Origin: Glaucostegus cemiculus
Taxonomy: Eukaryota
Assembly (NCBI GenBank): GCA_976551045.1
Contig: CDPCPM010000005.1
Coordinates: forward strand, 17,484,001 to 17,548,000
Direction of reading: 5' to 3'
Length of the DNA: 64,000 nucleotides
The notes beneath the pieces are model-generated. The model was not told where the DNA came from. It saw only the letters and a list, made by a program, of their open reading frames with translations, and did no database searches. The first letter of the stretch is position 1. The number at the start of each line of letters is the position of its first letter. A program made the translations under genes and the position numbers. Shown here piece after piece: positions 1-13,000 of the stretch.

Positions 1-161
1 GGCAATTTAGTGGCTAATTAACCTACCCAACCCCACATGCCTTTGGTACGTGGGAGTAAACTAGTGCACCCGAAGGAACCTGTGTAATCGCAGCAAGAAA
101 ATTCAAACTCCATATTGATTGCACCCCAAATCAGGATTGAACCTGGGTCTCTGGCACTCTG
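1..161 (-). mobile_element. tRNA-derived V-domain SINE fragment (HE1/V-SINE-like)
   Basis: Minus-strand B box GGTTCAATCC, then TGGAGTTTG...CCCAC...GGTTAATT; resembles the copies at 50082 and 62600. Confidence 0.7.
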
Positions 162-969
162 TTATTCCCTAAGCATTTTTTTAAAAAATCAGTATGACAT
201 TGCCCATGTCAAAATGTACATTTCTTGGGCAGAAAGCCTTAATGTTTTCATGTCCCTTAGCACTTACAAGCCTTATCTGAAACTCTTTGTGTGTTAATGT
301 TACATCTTTCAACTGTAGGAGCAAACACTACTCTTGTTGAGAATCAATGCTTAAATTATGAGAGGAAGGAAATGCAGTGCAAGGCTCAATTTTAAAAAGT
401 CTTCATTTTAATTATCTCAACACAGCAGTTGCAAAGGACTTCTGTAATTCCAGGCTAATTCTATATTCTAACACAAAGGTCAAAGTAATGTGGTCTTCAC
501 AGGTGCTGATATCAATTTCCCTACAATTGACAGTACTGTAACAATTCATTTGTCCTAATCTGAGATTAATGTTTAGTTTGAGATCCCAAGAAAGGTCTGA
601 ATGTGCAAATTGTAGATTTGTAACTTCAGTGCAAATTAATGTCGTCATCCGTCACGTATAACAATCACAGCATTATCTTTGCCTTTTATTGATCTGAACT
701 TTGCACTAGCAAGAGACCTTAAAACGGCAACTAACACTCAATCTATTTATACAATTCATAACAATGTCATTTTATTAGCACTTTAAAGAACATCAGTAAA
801 TTACTTTAATCAAGGTTTTTGCAATTACAAGATGGAAAAAGTCCAATCTCAGCAGTAGTTTATTCAAATTTGAGGTCAAAGAGCAGTATGCTAACCCATT
901 GCACAATCAGCTTTTTTCTGCATAACATGTTCCTGATGAGGATACTTTATATCACATTAAGTTTTTTAC

Positions 970-1038
970 CTGGCAGAATCTGGATCCAAGATTAGTGCTT
1001 CAACAGAGTGAGAAATCAGTAAACAACTTTGTTGCTGT
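970..1038 (-). CDS. INTS7: INTS7 exon 16 (69 nt)
   Basis: catag|A QQQSCLLISHSVEALILDPDSA; donor AG|gtaaaa. Confidence 0.93.
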
Positions 1039-4000
1039 CTATGGATAAAGTTAAAGGCCACAGAGGTTAACAGACAATTTAAACTGCGCCTTGTCCCCAA
1101 ATTCCTGGTAATTTGCCAATTTGGGTAGTTTATTTTGGAAACATTGATTAAATTTTCCTGAGCAAATACCAACACTTCCAAGGAACTGTTGGCATTTCCC
1201 TAAATAATCATCAGGATCTCCAGTACACAAACCATGAGAGGTCCTCTGTGTTGCAATTTTAACTGTGCTCCAAATCTAAGATGGGAGTGACAAACTCCAA
1301 CAGTTTTATAATGGTTAAGCTGAGAAATACGCCTGTTTGTAACCAAATATGGCAATTCCATTCATTTCTTTGAATGTGAAGAAACACTGATAGAAAACCC
1401 TGTGCTACCTGGGGCCTCTATAATCAAAAAAAAAATTGTTGCTGGAAGACCTGTTTCAGGAAAATGTGGACCTAGGCAGCCAGGGGTCAGAAAGTGGCCA
1501 AGTCACTGTTCCCTGGAAATTCTAGGCAACCATGCTCATTACATGCGAGCATAAATGGTCTTACTAGCACAGACTGGTTATGCCACTGAAACTAACTCTA
1601 CTTTACTGTAGTGTTTAAAAGATGATGTTTAACTAGGCCACCATTTATACATGTCGCTTGTTTCTCTTGGGGGTGGGGTGGGGTAGCACAGCTGCAGGAC
1701 ACCGGACAGGACAGATCCGGGCAGCAAATGTTGGCCAATCATTCACCACAACTTTTACAATGCCAAAGTTGAAACTTCTCCTATCTCTACTCATGTCAAT
1801 GCAACATGCAGCAATTTAGTCTCCATCCAACCAACACCACCATCTTCCCCACACCACCCCCCCTCCCACCCCCACGCTCGCTCTCCCAGGAGCAGCAAGA
1901 ACATTAGACTAGAATGGAAAAACTTGAGGATGAACTTTAAAACTGCATCTTTTTGGCTAACACAATTTGCTAAAGGCAAATGTTTATTTTAAATCCTAAT
2001 GATATCTTGCGACAATACCACAACAATAATACCTACTTTATAGATTTGTCTCCAGTCAAATGTTAAATTTTTGCCCCAATTGATGCAAAATGGGATTTTG
2101 CAGCTTGACAAAAGGATACAGCTCAACATTTCTCAAGGTGGCAGAGTCAGCGTCAAAGGAGGATTGATAAAGGTCATGATAGCGAGTTGCAAGACTTCTG
2201 AACTCTTCCATTGATATCTTCATCTAAATGATGCAAATGTAATTTAGATTAGAATGGAACATCTTAATAATTTTGATACTGAAAAATAAGACTGACAAAA
2301 TATTCAAAATTCTGTTTTTTATTTTAAGAAAATTGAAATTGGCTAGTTTGAACCAGATTCAAAAATGTCATACATATTTGAGTTGGTTATAAGGAAGTCA
2401 TTATAAAATAATTTGCATTCATATATGCACTTCCATGATGTTCTAAAGTGCTCATAGCCAATTAAGTACTTTAAGTGCAGTTACTGTTGCAATGTAGGAA
2501 ATGTGGCAGTCAATTTGTGTATCAAAATTCCCTGAACTCCATTGTTGCAATAAGATAATGTTTTGTTATGTTGATTGAAGAGTAATTATGGATCAACACA
2601 CTGGGAATAACCACCATGGTTTTCATGAAATAGTGCCATGGGATATTTAAAAGCCACAGACCTAAAAGGCAGACACTGCATCATTCCTGCACTGGAGGGT
2701 CAACTGTAGATAACTATTCATAATAAACTTTAGGTTCATATCAAATTTGCCTTGCTCCTTACCATATTAAAACCATTTCGGGTCAGTTTTGATGAAGGAT
2801 CTCCAAGCTGAAACACTAACTGTTTCTCTTCCCACAGATACAGCCTGACTTGCTGAAAATTTCTAGCACTTTGATTTAGACACTCAGAATGATGTGGAAA
2901 TGGCAACTGTGCATTTCATATCATTGGAAAACAAAACCATGATTAATCATGTTAAGAAATGCATTAAAATGTTTTAGTGATGTAAAAATTCCAAGATGTA
3001 TAGACACCATTGAGAATATAAGCACAAGTTAACTTTGGCAAATTGTTCAGAACCACTTCCAGCTGCTGCTTTGGATTTAGAATACAACTTCAATCATTTG
3101 ACTCAAAGATCCTCCAAACTATCAAGACCATTCCTCAATACATACATACCTGGTTAGTAATACGGCCACATCTCTGCAAGTCATTTCCTGATGCCATAGC
3201 AATTGCTGTGGCAATTGCAGGTGGAGGGCTAGTCTTCAGGCTGTTACAGGTACAGATCAGCTGTGAGAATGCCTGGAGCATGTCAATCCTTAGTTTAACA
3301 AATTCACATTGAAAAGTCAGGGGATTGGTAGGTGTGCTTGCGGCCTGAAACATAGAACAGTTTACATTTATGCTGTCAAATCATTTTATAAATGAGAAAA
3401 TTTGCTTCATCTTTCATAAATTTTGTACAACATGTAATATTTATATAAAATCAAACAGCCTAGGAAGTTGATGTGTCTGAGGATGTAGTCTGTGTAAGGG
3501 AGGGTACAAAACACTTGGCACAACATGAATTGGGAGCAGGAGTACTCTGACCATCCTGAGCCTGCTCCACTACTTGGATCATGGCTGATCTGACTGCAGC
3601 CTCAACTCTGTATTCTGCTTCACCTTCTTCAAGAATTAAACCACTATGCCTTAAAAATAATCACACTACTGCCACTACCCTTTGAGGAACAGCATTTCAC
3701 AAACTGACAACTCCTAGGTTTGTTTTATCTATTTTACATGGGCAACTCATTTTAATCTCCTGAAAGAGGAAACATCCTCTCCATTAGTCAGCCTGTCACA
3801 ACCTTTCAGAATACTGTATGTTTCAATGTGGTTGCCTCTTGCTTGCTTAAACTTCAGTGGATACAAGCCTAGCCAGTCCAATGTTCCCTCAAGATGACCT
3901 GTCCATTTCAGGTATTAGTCTAGTAAACTTCCTCTGATCTGCTTCCAACACCTTTACAAGTTGCCTTATAATCAGAAGACCAATACTGTACACAATATTA

Positions 4001-7000
4001 CAGATATGATCTCAATGTGCTAAATAACTCCCTATTGTTGTATTCTATACCTCCAGCAATAACTATTGTTAGCTTTCCAAATTACTTGACATAACAGCTT
4101 TTTGCAAATCGTATACAACAACACTTCATTCCCTCTGTCTCAGAGCTTTGCAATCTTTTAAGTGAGTTGTCCATTATGGCAGGAAAAATAAAAGCATTAA
4201 CACATTTCCCACATCATACTATTTGCCAGATTTTTGTCCACTCAATTAACCCATCTCTCTTTGCCTCCTTGTAAGCTCTTTGTAACTTGCTTTCCTATTT
4301 TTTATCATAAGCAAATTTAACAACTATACTTCAGTGCTTTCATCCAAGACACATGTAAATTGTAAAGTTGAGACTCCAGCACCAATCCCTGTGGTGCACC
4401 TGCTGACCAAGAAAAGGCCAACTTTTTTGCCAACCACTTCCTTTGACATGAAAAGAAAATTGGCCATCGATGTTAACTACTATACCATTTATTTTCTGCA
4501 ATAACTTTTATGACACCTGCTTAATGCCTTTTTAGAAATCTAAATATAGTACCTCCACCTGTTTTTCTTTTATTCATGATACATGTTCCTACTTTGAAGA
4601 GCTACAATAAAGAAGGTTTCCTTTTCAGAAAACAATGTTGACTTTGGTTACCTTCCCCCACCACCCCCCTAGTGGCCTTTTAAAAAATCTTATATACCTG
4701 ATTTTATTTCTGGTAAGCTTTATCTCATACTGTAATTTGTCTTCCTTTAATTTTTTTAAACATGCTGTTCAATCTTCTGAGCAGCCACATAACTTTGTGG
4801 AATTATACATTTTTTTTCACATTTTATATTATCTTTGACTTTTTTTTAAGTTAGTCACACATGATGGGTCCTCCACATGGAATTTTTTTTCTCTTATTTG
4901 GAATCTCTCCATTCTGAAAGATCAACTAAAATGTTTGCCACTGCATCTCAACTGACCAATCCCTTAATTTGCCAGTTCGCTTCAGCATGCTCTGATTTCA
5001 TGCCCTTAATTGTCCTTACTTAAATTTTAAAATACCAGCCTTAGAACCATTCTTCTCTCAAACTGAATGTGAAATTCAATCATATTAAAATTGCTGCTAC
5101 CTCAGTATGACACCTTCACTGAGGTCATTAATTTAATCCAATTTTGTTGCACAGTATCAGATCTAAAATGGCCTGCTCCTTGGTTGGCTTCAGATTGTGC
5201 TCCAAGTATCCAGAATTCAGAGCTCTTCATCTCGGCTTGCTTTGCCCATTAACTTTTTTTTCCCCCAGTCCACATGTAGATTACATTCCTGATTTGTGCT
5301 TTTCTGACAAACTCATTAATTCTTTTGTACTGTTACCATGTGATTACTATTGTTAAGAAGCCTGTACAGCACTCCAAGTTATCTCTTGTCTTTGTCTCTT
5401 CACAAACTGCTTCTATATCTTGCAGTCTTACAAAATTATAAACTCTAATTCCAAATGATATTTTTTTTTACATGAAAAAGGTGTGTGAAGTTTCACTGCA
5501 GAGATATGAAATGTTGCATGAAAATTAGATGCACGTGTGGCATATTTTGTATTATGTCAACTTGTGCAATATGAATTTGGGTGAGTCTGGTTATTACCAT
5601 TATGTACTCATCTTGGCTTTTGCTGCCAAATACTTATTCAATCTACATGGACATGAGCATTTGTATGAAAGGACAATATTGGTGAGTTCTACTATTGTTA
5701 AGGGCACAAAAGATGCTGGGTCTATTTACAGGAGTGACCTGCACCACTGAACCCAGGATAATGCTGACTAAAGAATTTCTAACACTGGCAAGCTCTAGTC
5801 CTCAGCTGCTTACCTATCATGTTTAAGAGATGGCTAGCATCTCCATTTCCTCAAGCCCTCCTCTGTATTGTACAATGCCACTGAGGTACTTTGAATTGAT
5901 TTTAAGGATTACTGTCTTACTTGTCATTATCCTATCTAAAACTCTAAAGTAACAATTCCCCCAAGAAAAAAATCCTACTCAAATTGGTGTTTAGATCAGT
6001 TTAATTTAAGTTGGCTTTCCCACACTACCAACAGTGTTTCATGTAGAATTTTTCTGACATGTAAAGAACCCAGAAAAGTGTTTTGTCACTCTGGTTGTGA
6101 ATTAGATTTCTAAAGTATCTTCTTCAACATGCACAGAAAAACAGATCAGATGCCAACTGTTCTGAACAATTTACAAAGCAATTATGAACCATCAATTCTG
6201 CAACCACAAATCCAAAATAATTGGGACTAAAAAAAATGTAAAATTTTAAACTTACTGTCAAAGAAGCAATACCCCTCTGGTAGTGTTTCAAAGCTTCTGC
6301 TATACAAGCCAGTGCAACACTGGATTCGCTCTCTTGTAGGCCTGCCAGGCATTGCTCTGCTTTTGAGAATTCTTTCAAGCTGTTTAGCCAGAAATAAAAA
6401 TGTTCAGAGGCCACTTGAGTTAACAAACCATGGTAGAGCTCTCCAGCCATATCGTGGTTTCCCTGAAGAGATCAGAACCAAAAAGTCAGTCAAAGGGAAT
6501 ATCTGCAAATTGGTAGAAAGGATTGCTATCCAAATTCTATTTACTCCTTTGGTACAGTGTTGCACATGACCATTATTTGCTTTATACTGTAGATTATTAC
6601 TCCTGTTTTTCCCATGCGGCAGATAAAGATCTTTTAATCACATGTACATCGAAACGGTGAAATGCATATTTTGTATAGAATGTTCTGGGGGCAGCCTGCA
6701 GGTGTCGCCATACTTTCTGTGCCAAGAACACACTGCCCGTATGAGTATCTGGACAAGCACATGAGTTACCAAGGCATTTGGAGGCTATGGCCCAAGTGCA
6801 AGAAAATGGGATTAGTTGGAACCTGATGGTCAGCAAGGATGTGCTGGGCCAAAGGCTGCTTATGGGCCCTGGAACTTCTGTGACTATGACTAACGGAAAC
6901 TAAAAATGCTTCAAACTGAACCAAAACTAAACTCTGAAGCATTCAGGCAGTAAAGAGAAAAAACTGGCAGATGATCAAATTGTTCAGAACATCCTATAGC

Positions 7001-10000
7001 AATACTGCACTGGTTGATATCTACCACTAGAGGCTGCAATTAAACTGGAATAAACATTTACAGCCAACACTGAACTTATCACACCACAATGGAGAATACA
7101 AGACTGAGAAACTAATTGCACTTTAATCTTTATGGTTTCCAGGCCTGAAACAACAGGGAACATCCATGCACTATATTGATCTTAGTGGCTCATAACTTTT
7201 TATTGTACTATGTTTTAATTAGTAACCAAAAAAGTTTTCACAGCATGCATTAGGGATGGAATTAATTTGGTTTCTTTGCCCAAGATCTGATCCATGAACA
7301 AATAAGAACAAAGCCAATTTAAACACAGGATGAAGATTTAACAAGATAAGCATTGTGCCTGTAAATGTGCTCTTACAATGGTTAGTAGTCTCATGCCACA
7401 CTTAAATATTTTTCTTTAACAGATGTGCAGTCATAGTGCTCTGCAAAAGGAAATGAGCAAATAATTTTGCTTTGTGGTTAAACTTAATACACACAACCCC
7501 CTACTCTTCCTAGATGAAACTATTATTTACAATGTAAAGAACACTAGATCTACAATGCAGCATGCCTATTCTGCCGAGATAGGATTAGTAAAATCATGAA
7601 CTGAAATACCAGTAGTATGGGTGATGCAAATAATACTGACTAAGTTTATTTCCAATCCATGTATCATACTACATTAAACCCACCCCCTTGCAGGAGTGGA
7701 AAAAGTCAATTTCACCTTCATACTGAATTTTTAACCCCACCACCGGACCTTCATGGACAGAAAATCAAACCATTGCTTTTAGGAGTGAAATGGAAAGAGA
7801 ATGGTGATGGAGATTGAAAAGTTAGGACAATGCACAAGATACAGAATGTTAATTTCCACTTGCACCTGTTTAAATATAGCCAGATCAAAAAGAGTGAGGA
7901 AAAAGAAAATCAAATGGCCTAGTTGTTTTGTACCTCTTGGGACAGTTTGGAGAAATAATACCAAATGAATTCTCTGGTTACCAGACAAATAAGTTATCTG
8001 CAGAGGGCATCTTTTCCAGTTTCCAAATTATTTTTGGGAGAGAGGGGTGCTCCTTGGGTACTTCTCACAGTTCAGACTTTGAAAGGTTAAATAATGGTAG
8101 CAACATTTACTCCTTAAGTATAATTAATTTCTTAAAATAAAGTGTTGAAGACTAACTTAAAAGATGCTCACCATTCGGGATGCTTGACGGGCAATCTTGT
8201 AAACTGTCCAGCCATTGGCTCCATTTTCCAATTGCTGTTTTATCACATTTTTAACATCAGTAGACATAGTTTTCTGATTGGCTACAAAAATGACTGTAGC
8301 CAATGCTACCTGAAAGGCAAAGGAAAGAGTTTGTGGACTAAAAAATGGATACAAATTTTTAAAAAATGTAAGTCAATAGAAAAGTTGCATTTATCTCAAA
8401 TGTACAGAAGATTGATTTACAACTTCACCCTATTACTGCAATTTTTGGATTACCATGGATAAAGTCTGGCCATTTACCTGCTTCTGCTAACTGTATGATT
8501 GCTTTTGTTACATTAATGGCCAAACGAGCCATTCTGCTTAACTGGAAGGATCCAATATCCCCTACTACCTTTCAATGGTTCTCTCAAACTATATCATGTC
8601 TAAACTTGGAAAAAATTAGGAGTGGTACTGTTGACTCTTCGCTGAAATTTGAAGATATTTGGAGTCCATTTATTCAATACTTTCACATGATGTAGTTTCC
8701 CCTTCTATAACTTTAATTCAGAGGAACGGAGCTGACGACATAATATTGCTCTGTTTCTATTGAGAAATTTTAGCCCAGTTTCTTTTTCTTGTTTTGTTTT
8801 TTCTTTTCAAAATTTTCTGTTCCATTTACTTTGTTATAATTTTTTTTATTGATTTGGTTTTTTCCTGTTTTTTCTAATTTATATAATAAATCTTTTTCTT
8901 TATCTTTTACACTATATTCATGAATAAAGCGATTGTTGGAACTATTTTTTTTATATATATTATACTTTATTGCTTTTTTTAATGATTATCTATGATTGTT
9001 ACCTGATCTCTCTAATACATGTGTAACCATTGATGTTATATTAACCTGTATTGATTTGTTACCAATAAAAAGATTGAAAAAGAAAAAAAAATTCCATTTA
9101 TGTAACACTTTTTTAACATAAAACATCCCAGGCTCTACACCAGAGCACATCAGGCATAACTCAATACAAACTTAAGGATAAATTACACTCAATGACCAAA
9201 AACTAAAATCATATGTAATTTGAAGCTAGGTCAAATAGGTCAGGATTTTTAATTTTGCAGTGATAATTTGAGGCATAAACACAATGTAGCCATTACATTT
9301 GGGGGGAAATAACAATTATTTGAAGTGAAAATTCCTGGAAAGGAAAACATGAACATTCTTTGACAAAGAAGTCATATTTGTCTAATTACAGGAGTCATAT
9401 ATTGAAGGCTCATTATTCAGTCTTTAAAACCCAACAAAGACCAGCTCTCCTTAATCTTTTAAGTCATGGTTTTGAAATATTTTGAAACAAATTCTTACTT
9501 TATTTTATAAGAACTAAAAAATGAAATGGTTCACCAAATAATAATTCAGTTAATAAGCCAATTAATTCAATAGTGAATAGATTATGCACCTCAACACAGC
9601 ATGAAATACTCAATTGAAAGACATTTAATCAATCAGGATGGATTTATAAAAAGAAACAGATATATATTAAAAGTTCTGATAAAATTTTACAGAAGGATAC
9701 AAAGTAGATGTTTGTCTGTGGATATTTTTGATGTATTTGGGCAGGTGCCATTTGGTGCTCTTTCAGAATTGGGCTCATGTATGTTGAGCTAAATGGTAAC
9801 TTACCATGCTGCATAATGTTATGATTCTCATGATTCTACTTGCCATCAACTCCATTACAGGAGGATTATTTTCTTATGAAATGAATAACACCAAACCCTG
9901 TAGTACACATTCCTTACAAATGAAATGTCCCCAGTAAATAAATCTGAAGATTTTTACCATAAGCTCTTGTTGTTTGTCTGTAGATGACAATCCAATCATC

Positions 10001-13000
10001 TTGTACAATTCCAGGAGCTCTCCCAGCATTCCCTCTCCCAAGACAGGCAACTGCACTGCTATAGCAGCAAGGCAGTGGCACATTGGAATCCGAGCGATGT
10101 CCTGGGCAGTATGTAGTTGGGTCAGCAGGGATTCAACGACTGGCTGGCTCAGGTGAGGGCGACTACACATCAACTTCACCATGCAGGTAAATGCAGTCTG
10201 TGCAAGAAGGAAAGAAAAAACAAGGAATTGAACAATCTCAAAGCTATAAATACACTGATTTCTTCTAAAAGCACACTAGTTCCCATATGAGTGCCAATGA
10301 AAATATCAATAGCACAGATGCCTTGCCTATTTACAACATAAATACAAAACTTTTTAAAATAATCAGCATAAATTGGTATTTTAATTCCCAGCAGAGACTG
10401 GAAAGGATCAGAGAATGACATTTTCTATCAAGCATAGCCATCTTTGCGGTCGAGGACAGTGTGGCTTCAGAGGTTTCCAACACAGAAAGGCAAATCATTT
10501 CACATTAAGTTCCCACAGGGCAAATGGGAGTCCAATTTCAATCCACGGCTTCTGGTGGTGTACCACAATTGTGTGCCAAGGGGAGGAGCATTCTTCCCTC
10601 CTCTCCACCATCCTGCAGCCCATCAAGGAAGTCTTCAGCCTGTCCCATCCCCCTCTCACACCAATCATGTCCAAATCTCTTCCTCCCTGCCCCGGTCTAC
10701 AATGCCCAAACCTACTTTCCCCATTGCAATCCGATCTGTTCTCCAAAACCCTGCTGAGCTCTCCGAACTTGGACAGGATATCAAATGGCTGGATCCACAA
10801 AATAATGATGAGGTCTTTCTGTTAAGTACAGCTGGATTTGTGCATTTCTGGCCTTGAAATTCTACCAGGTCTCAGCCAGAGAATTGCAGCAGGTCCCACT
10901 TTCTCCACTGTTTGCTATGAGGCCTGGCTTTTTTTTTTGTGTATACTGATCCATTTCCCTTTGAAAGCCATTAATGAATTGGTCTGCGCCTGTATCAAGC
11001 AATACATTCCAACTGTCAAACACTTGCTGTGTGTGTAAAAATAAACATTTTTACTTAAGATGCATTTATTTCACATCAGGTATCCTCTGGCTCTCAACCT
11101 ATTCACCAATGGGAAAAAATGTCCCTCTTTCTTTTCTGTTTGGACCTCATTTTCTTGAACACAACCAACAACTCTCAGCCTTCTTGGCTCTAAGAACAAT
11201 ACCAACTTCGCCCTCCCCCCAATCAATCCGCATAATGCATGTTCCTTCCAATTGGAAGCATTTACTGAAACATTAATGCGTCCCTTCTCAGGGCTTAAAA
11301 TCATTCCCAAAGTGTCATGATCAGAACTGGGGGCGATACTACAGTTGCGGCCTAACCACTGTTCCTCAAGGAGCATTGCAAATTCCTTGTGTACTCTTAT
11401 GCTTTTATTTATGTAGTCTAAGATTGGATACATTTTTATAATCACATTCTCAACCACCCCTGTCACATTCATAGCAATATATAAATTAGGCACATACACA
11501 CCTGGGTCTCTACTGCTGCATTCACATTATAATTGTGCCTTTCATGGTATATCATTTCACCCTGTTCTTTCCACCAAATATCACATATCATTTGTACATG
11601 CTAAATTTCATCCATCGCTATGTCCCCATTTTCTCAGCCTACTTCAATTTCTCTTGGTCTACCACCATCCTCATCAGAGTTCACCATACTTCAAAGTGGA
11701 CTGTCTTTCCTATCCAGCAGGACTGGCTTCTGCCCAGCATAAACCATAGACTTGCAGGCTTTGGATTTGCCACCACTGCTCCCAGCCACAGAGTTTGCTC
11801 AGTTCTGGTGAATGGGACTACACACAGAGATGGAGCCCCAGAATTGCATGTCCATTTTTCAAATGCCAACACAAACAGGGTTCAAACACAAAATGCAGCT
11901 GTAATAATTTGAAAATAGCTTAGACTACTTTTTGGGGCAGTAATATTACATTGAGGTAATGTTTGTTCTGTATTTTTTATTATTAGGAAAACAATAAAAT
12001 ATTTAAAAGAGAAAATTATACATTTTGCTGTTGACTCCATCTCTACTAGCTCCTTCTTATCCTTGGACTTCTTCCCAGGTCAAGGTAGATGACGGTGTCA
12101 CTGTTGTGTTCTCTTAGTCAGAGCATCGCCATTCTTTTCTTCCCAGCCATGGAAGTCTCCCGTTTTCTTGCTCCAACTTCCTCAGCCAAGTCCATTTACT
12201 CCCAACTTAAGGTGGGGTTTAGGAGGTACATGAGCCCATTGTATTTGCTCACATTGCAATACTGACCTCCCTAGTCCATCCTTTCAGCAACTTCACTTGC
12301 ATGCTCATGAATATTGCCTTCCAACTAATTCCCTCACTTCCCGAGAAGAAGGCATAAAAAGCCAGCTATAGCTAGACTACCAAATCATTAGGACAGAAGG
12401 TGAGTGAGTAGTGGAGATGAAGTAAAAAAGGGGAAAGAGAAGCATGTAAAGAGAACCAGTTGAGAGAAGCAAAAAGAGAAAAAAAAAGGGATTGGAGTGG
12501 GAAACAAATGGAGCTGCTGTCAATTATATGGAGAGGTTTTCTTCTGTCTATGCACTAATCATCCAAATGGTTACAGTGTGAAATTTTAACAAATTCTGTG
12601 TATTTGATTTTCTAAATGGGGTCTGTATTAAAAAGTGAACAGATTTACATAAAAATTCACAACAATCAAATTTCTGTATGATGAAATCTGAGATGAGCAC
12701 TGCCATATCTTTACCACTACAGTAACGTGTTTCTCTTAAATGACTGGAAGGGGAGATATATTATGGTGTTCAATGATTCATTATAACATTCCCTTCTCAA
12801 TTTCAGGTACCTTTATAGATGGCAAGTTCAGCCAGATGCAGAACAAAAGGAACAGATGGAGTGCCTTCCCAGGATTGGTTATGTCCTCTGATGGCCAATT
12901 TACAGTAGAATGATTAATGCTGAGAGTAAATTGGCACCCAATTCAGCTACAATTAGTGGCGGCTGATAGCAAAGTTACAAGAGTTTTGTGTCTTCATCAA

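Noticed and set aside
1668-1875. G-rich and C-rich runs inside the U12 intron (G-quadruplex or hairpin)
   Set aside because: Short low-complexity runs are common throughout the window
6680-6740. CTCF-like CCTGCAGGTGTCGCC, and AGGGGGCAGC near 48788
   Set aside because: Isolated partial matches; the first appears to lie in repeat-derived sequence; no supporting evidence
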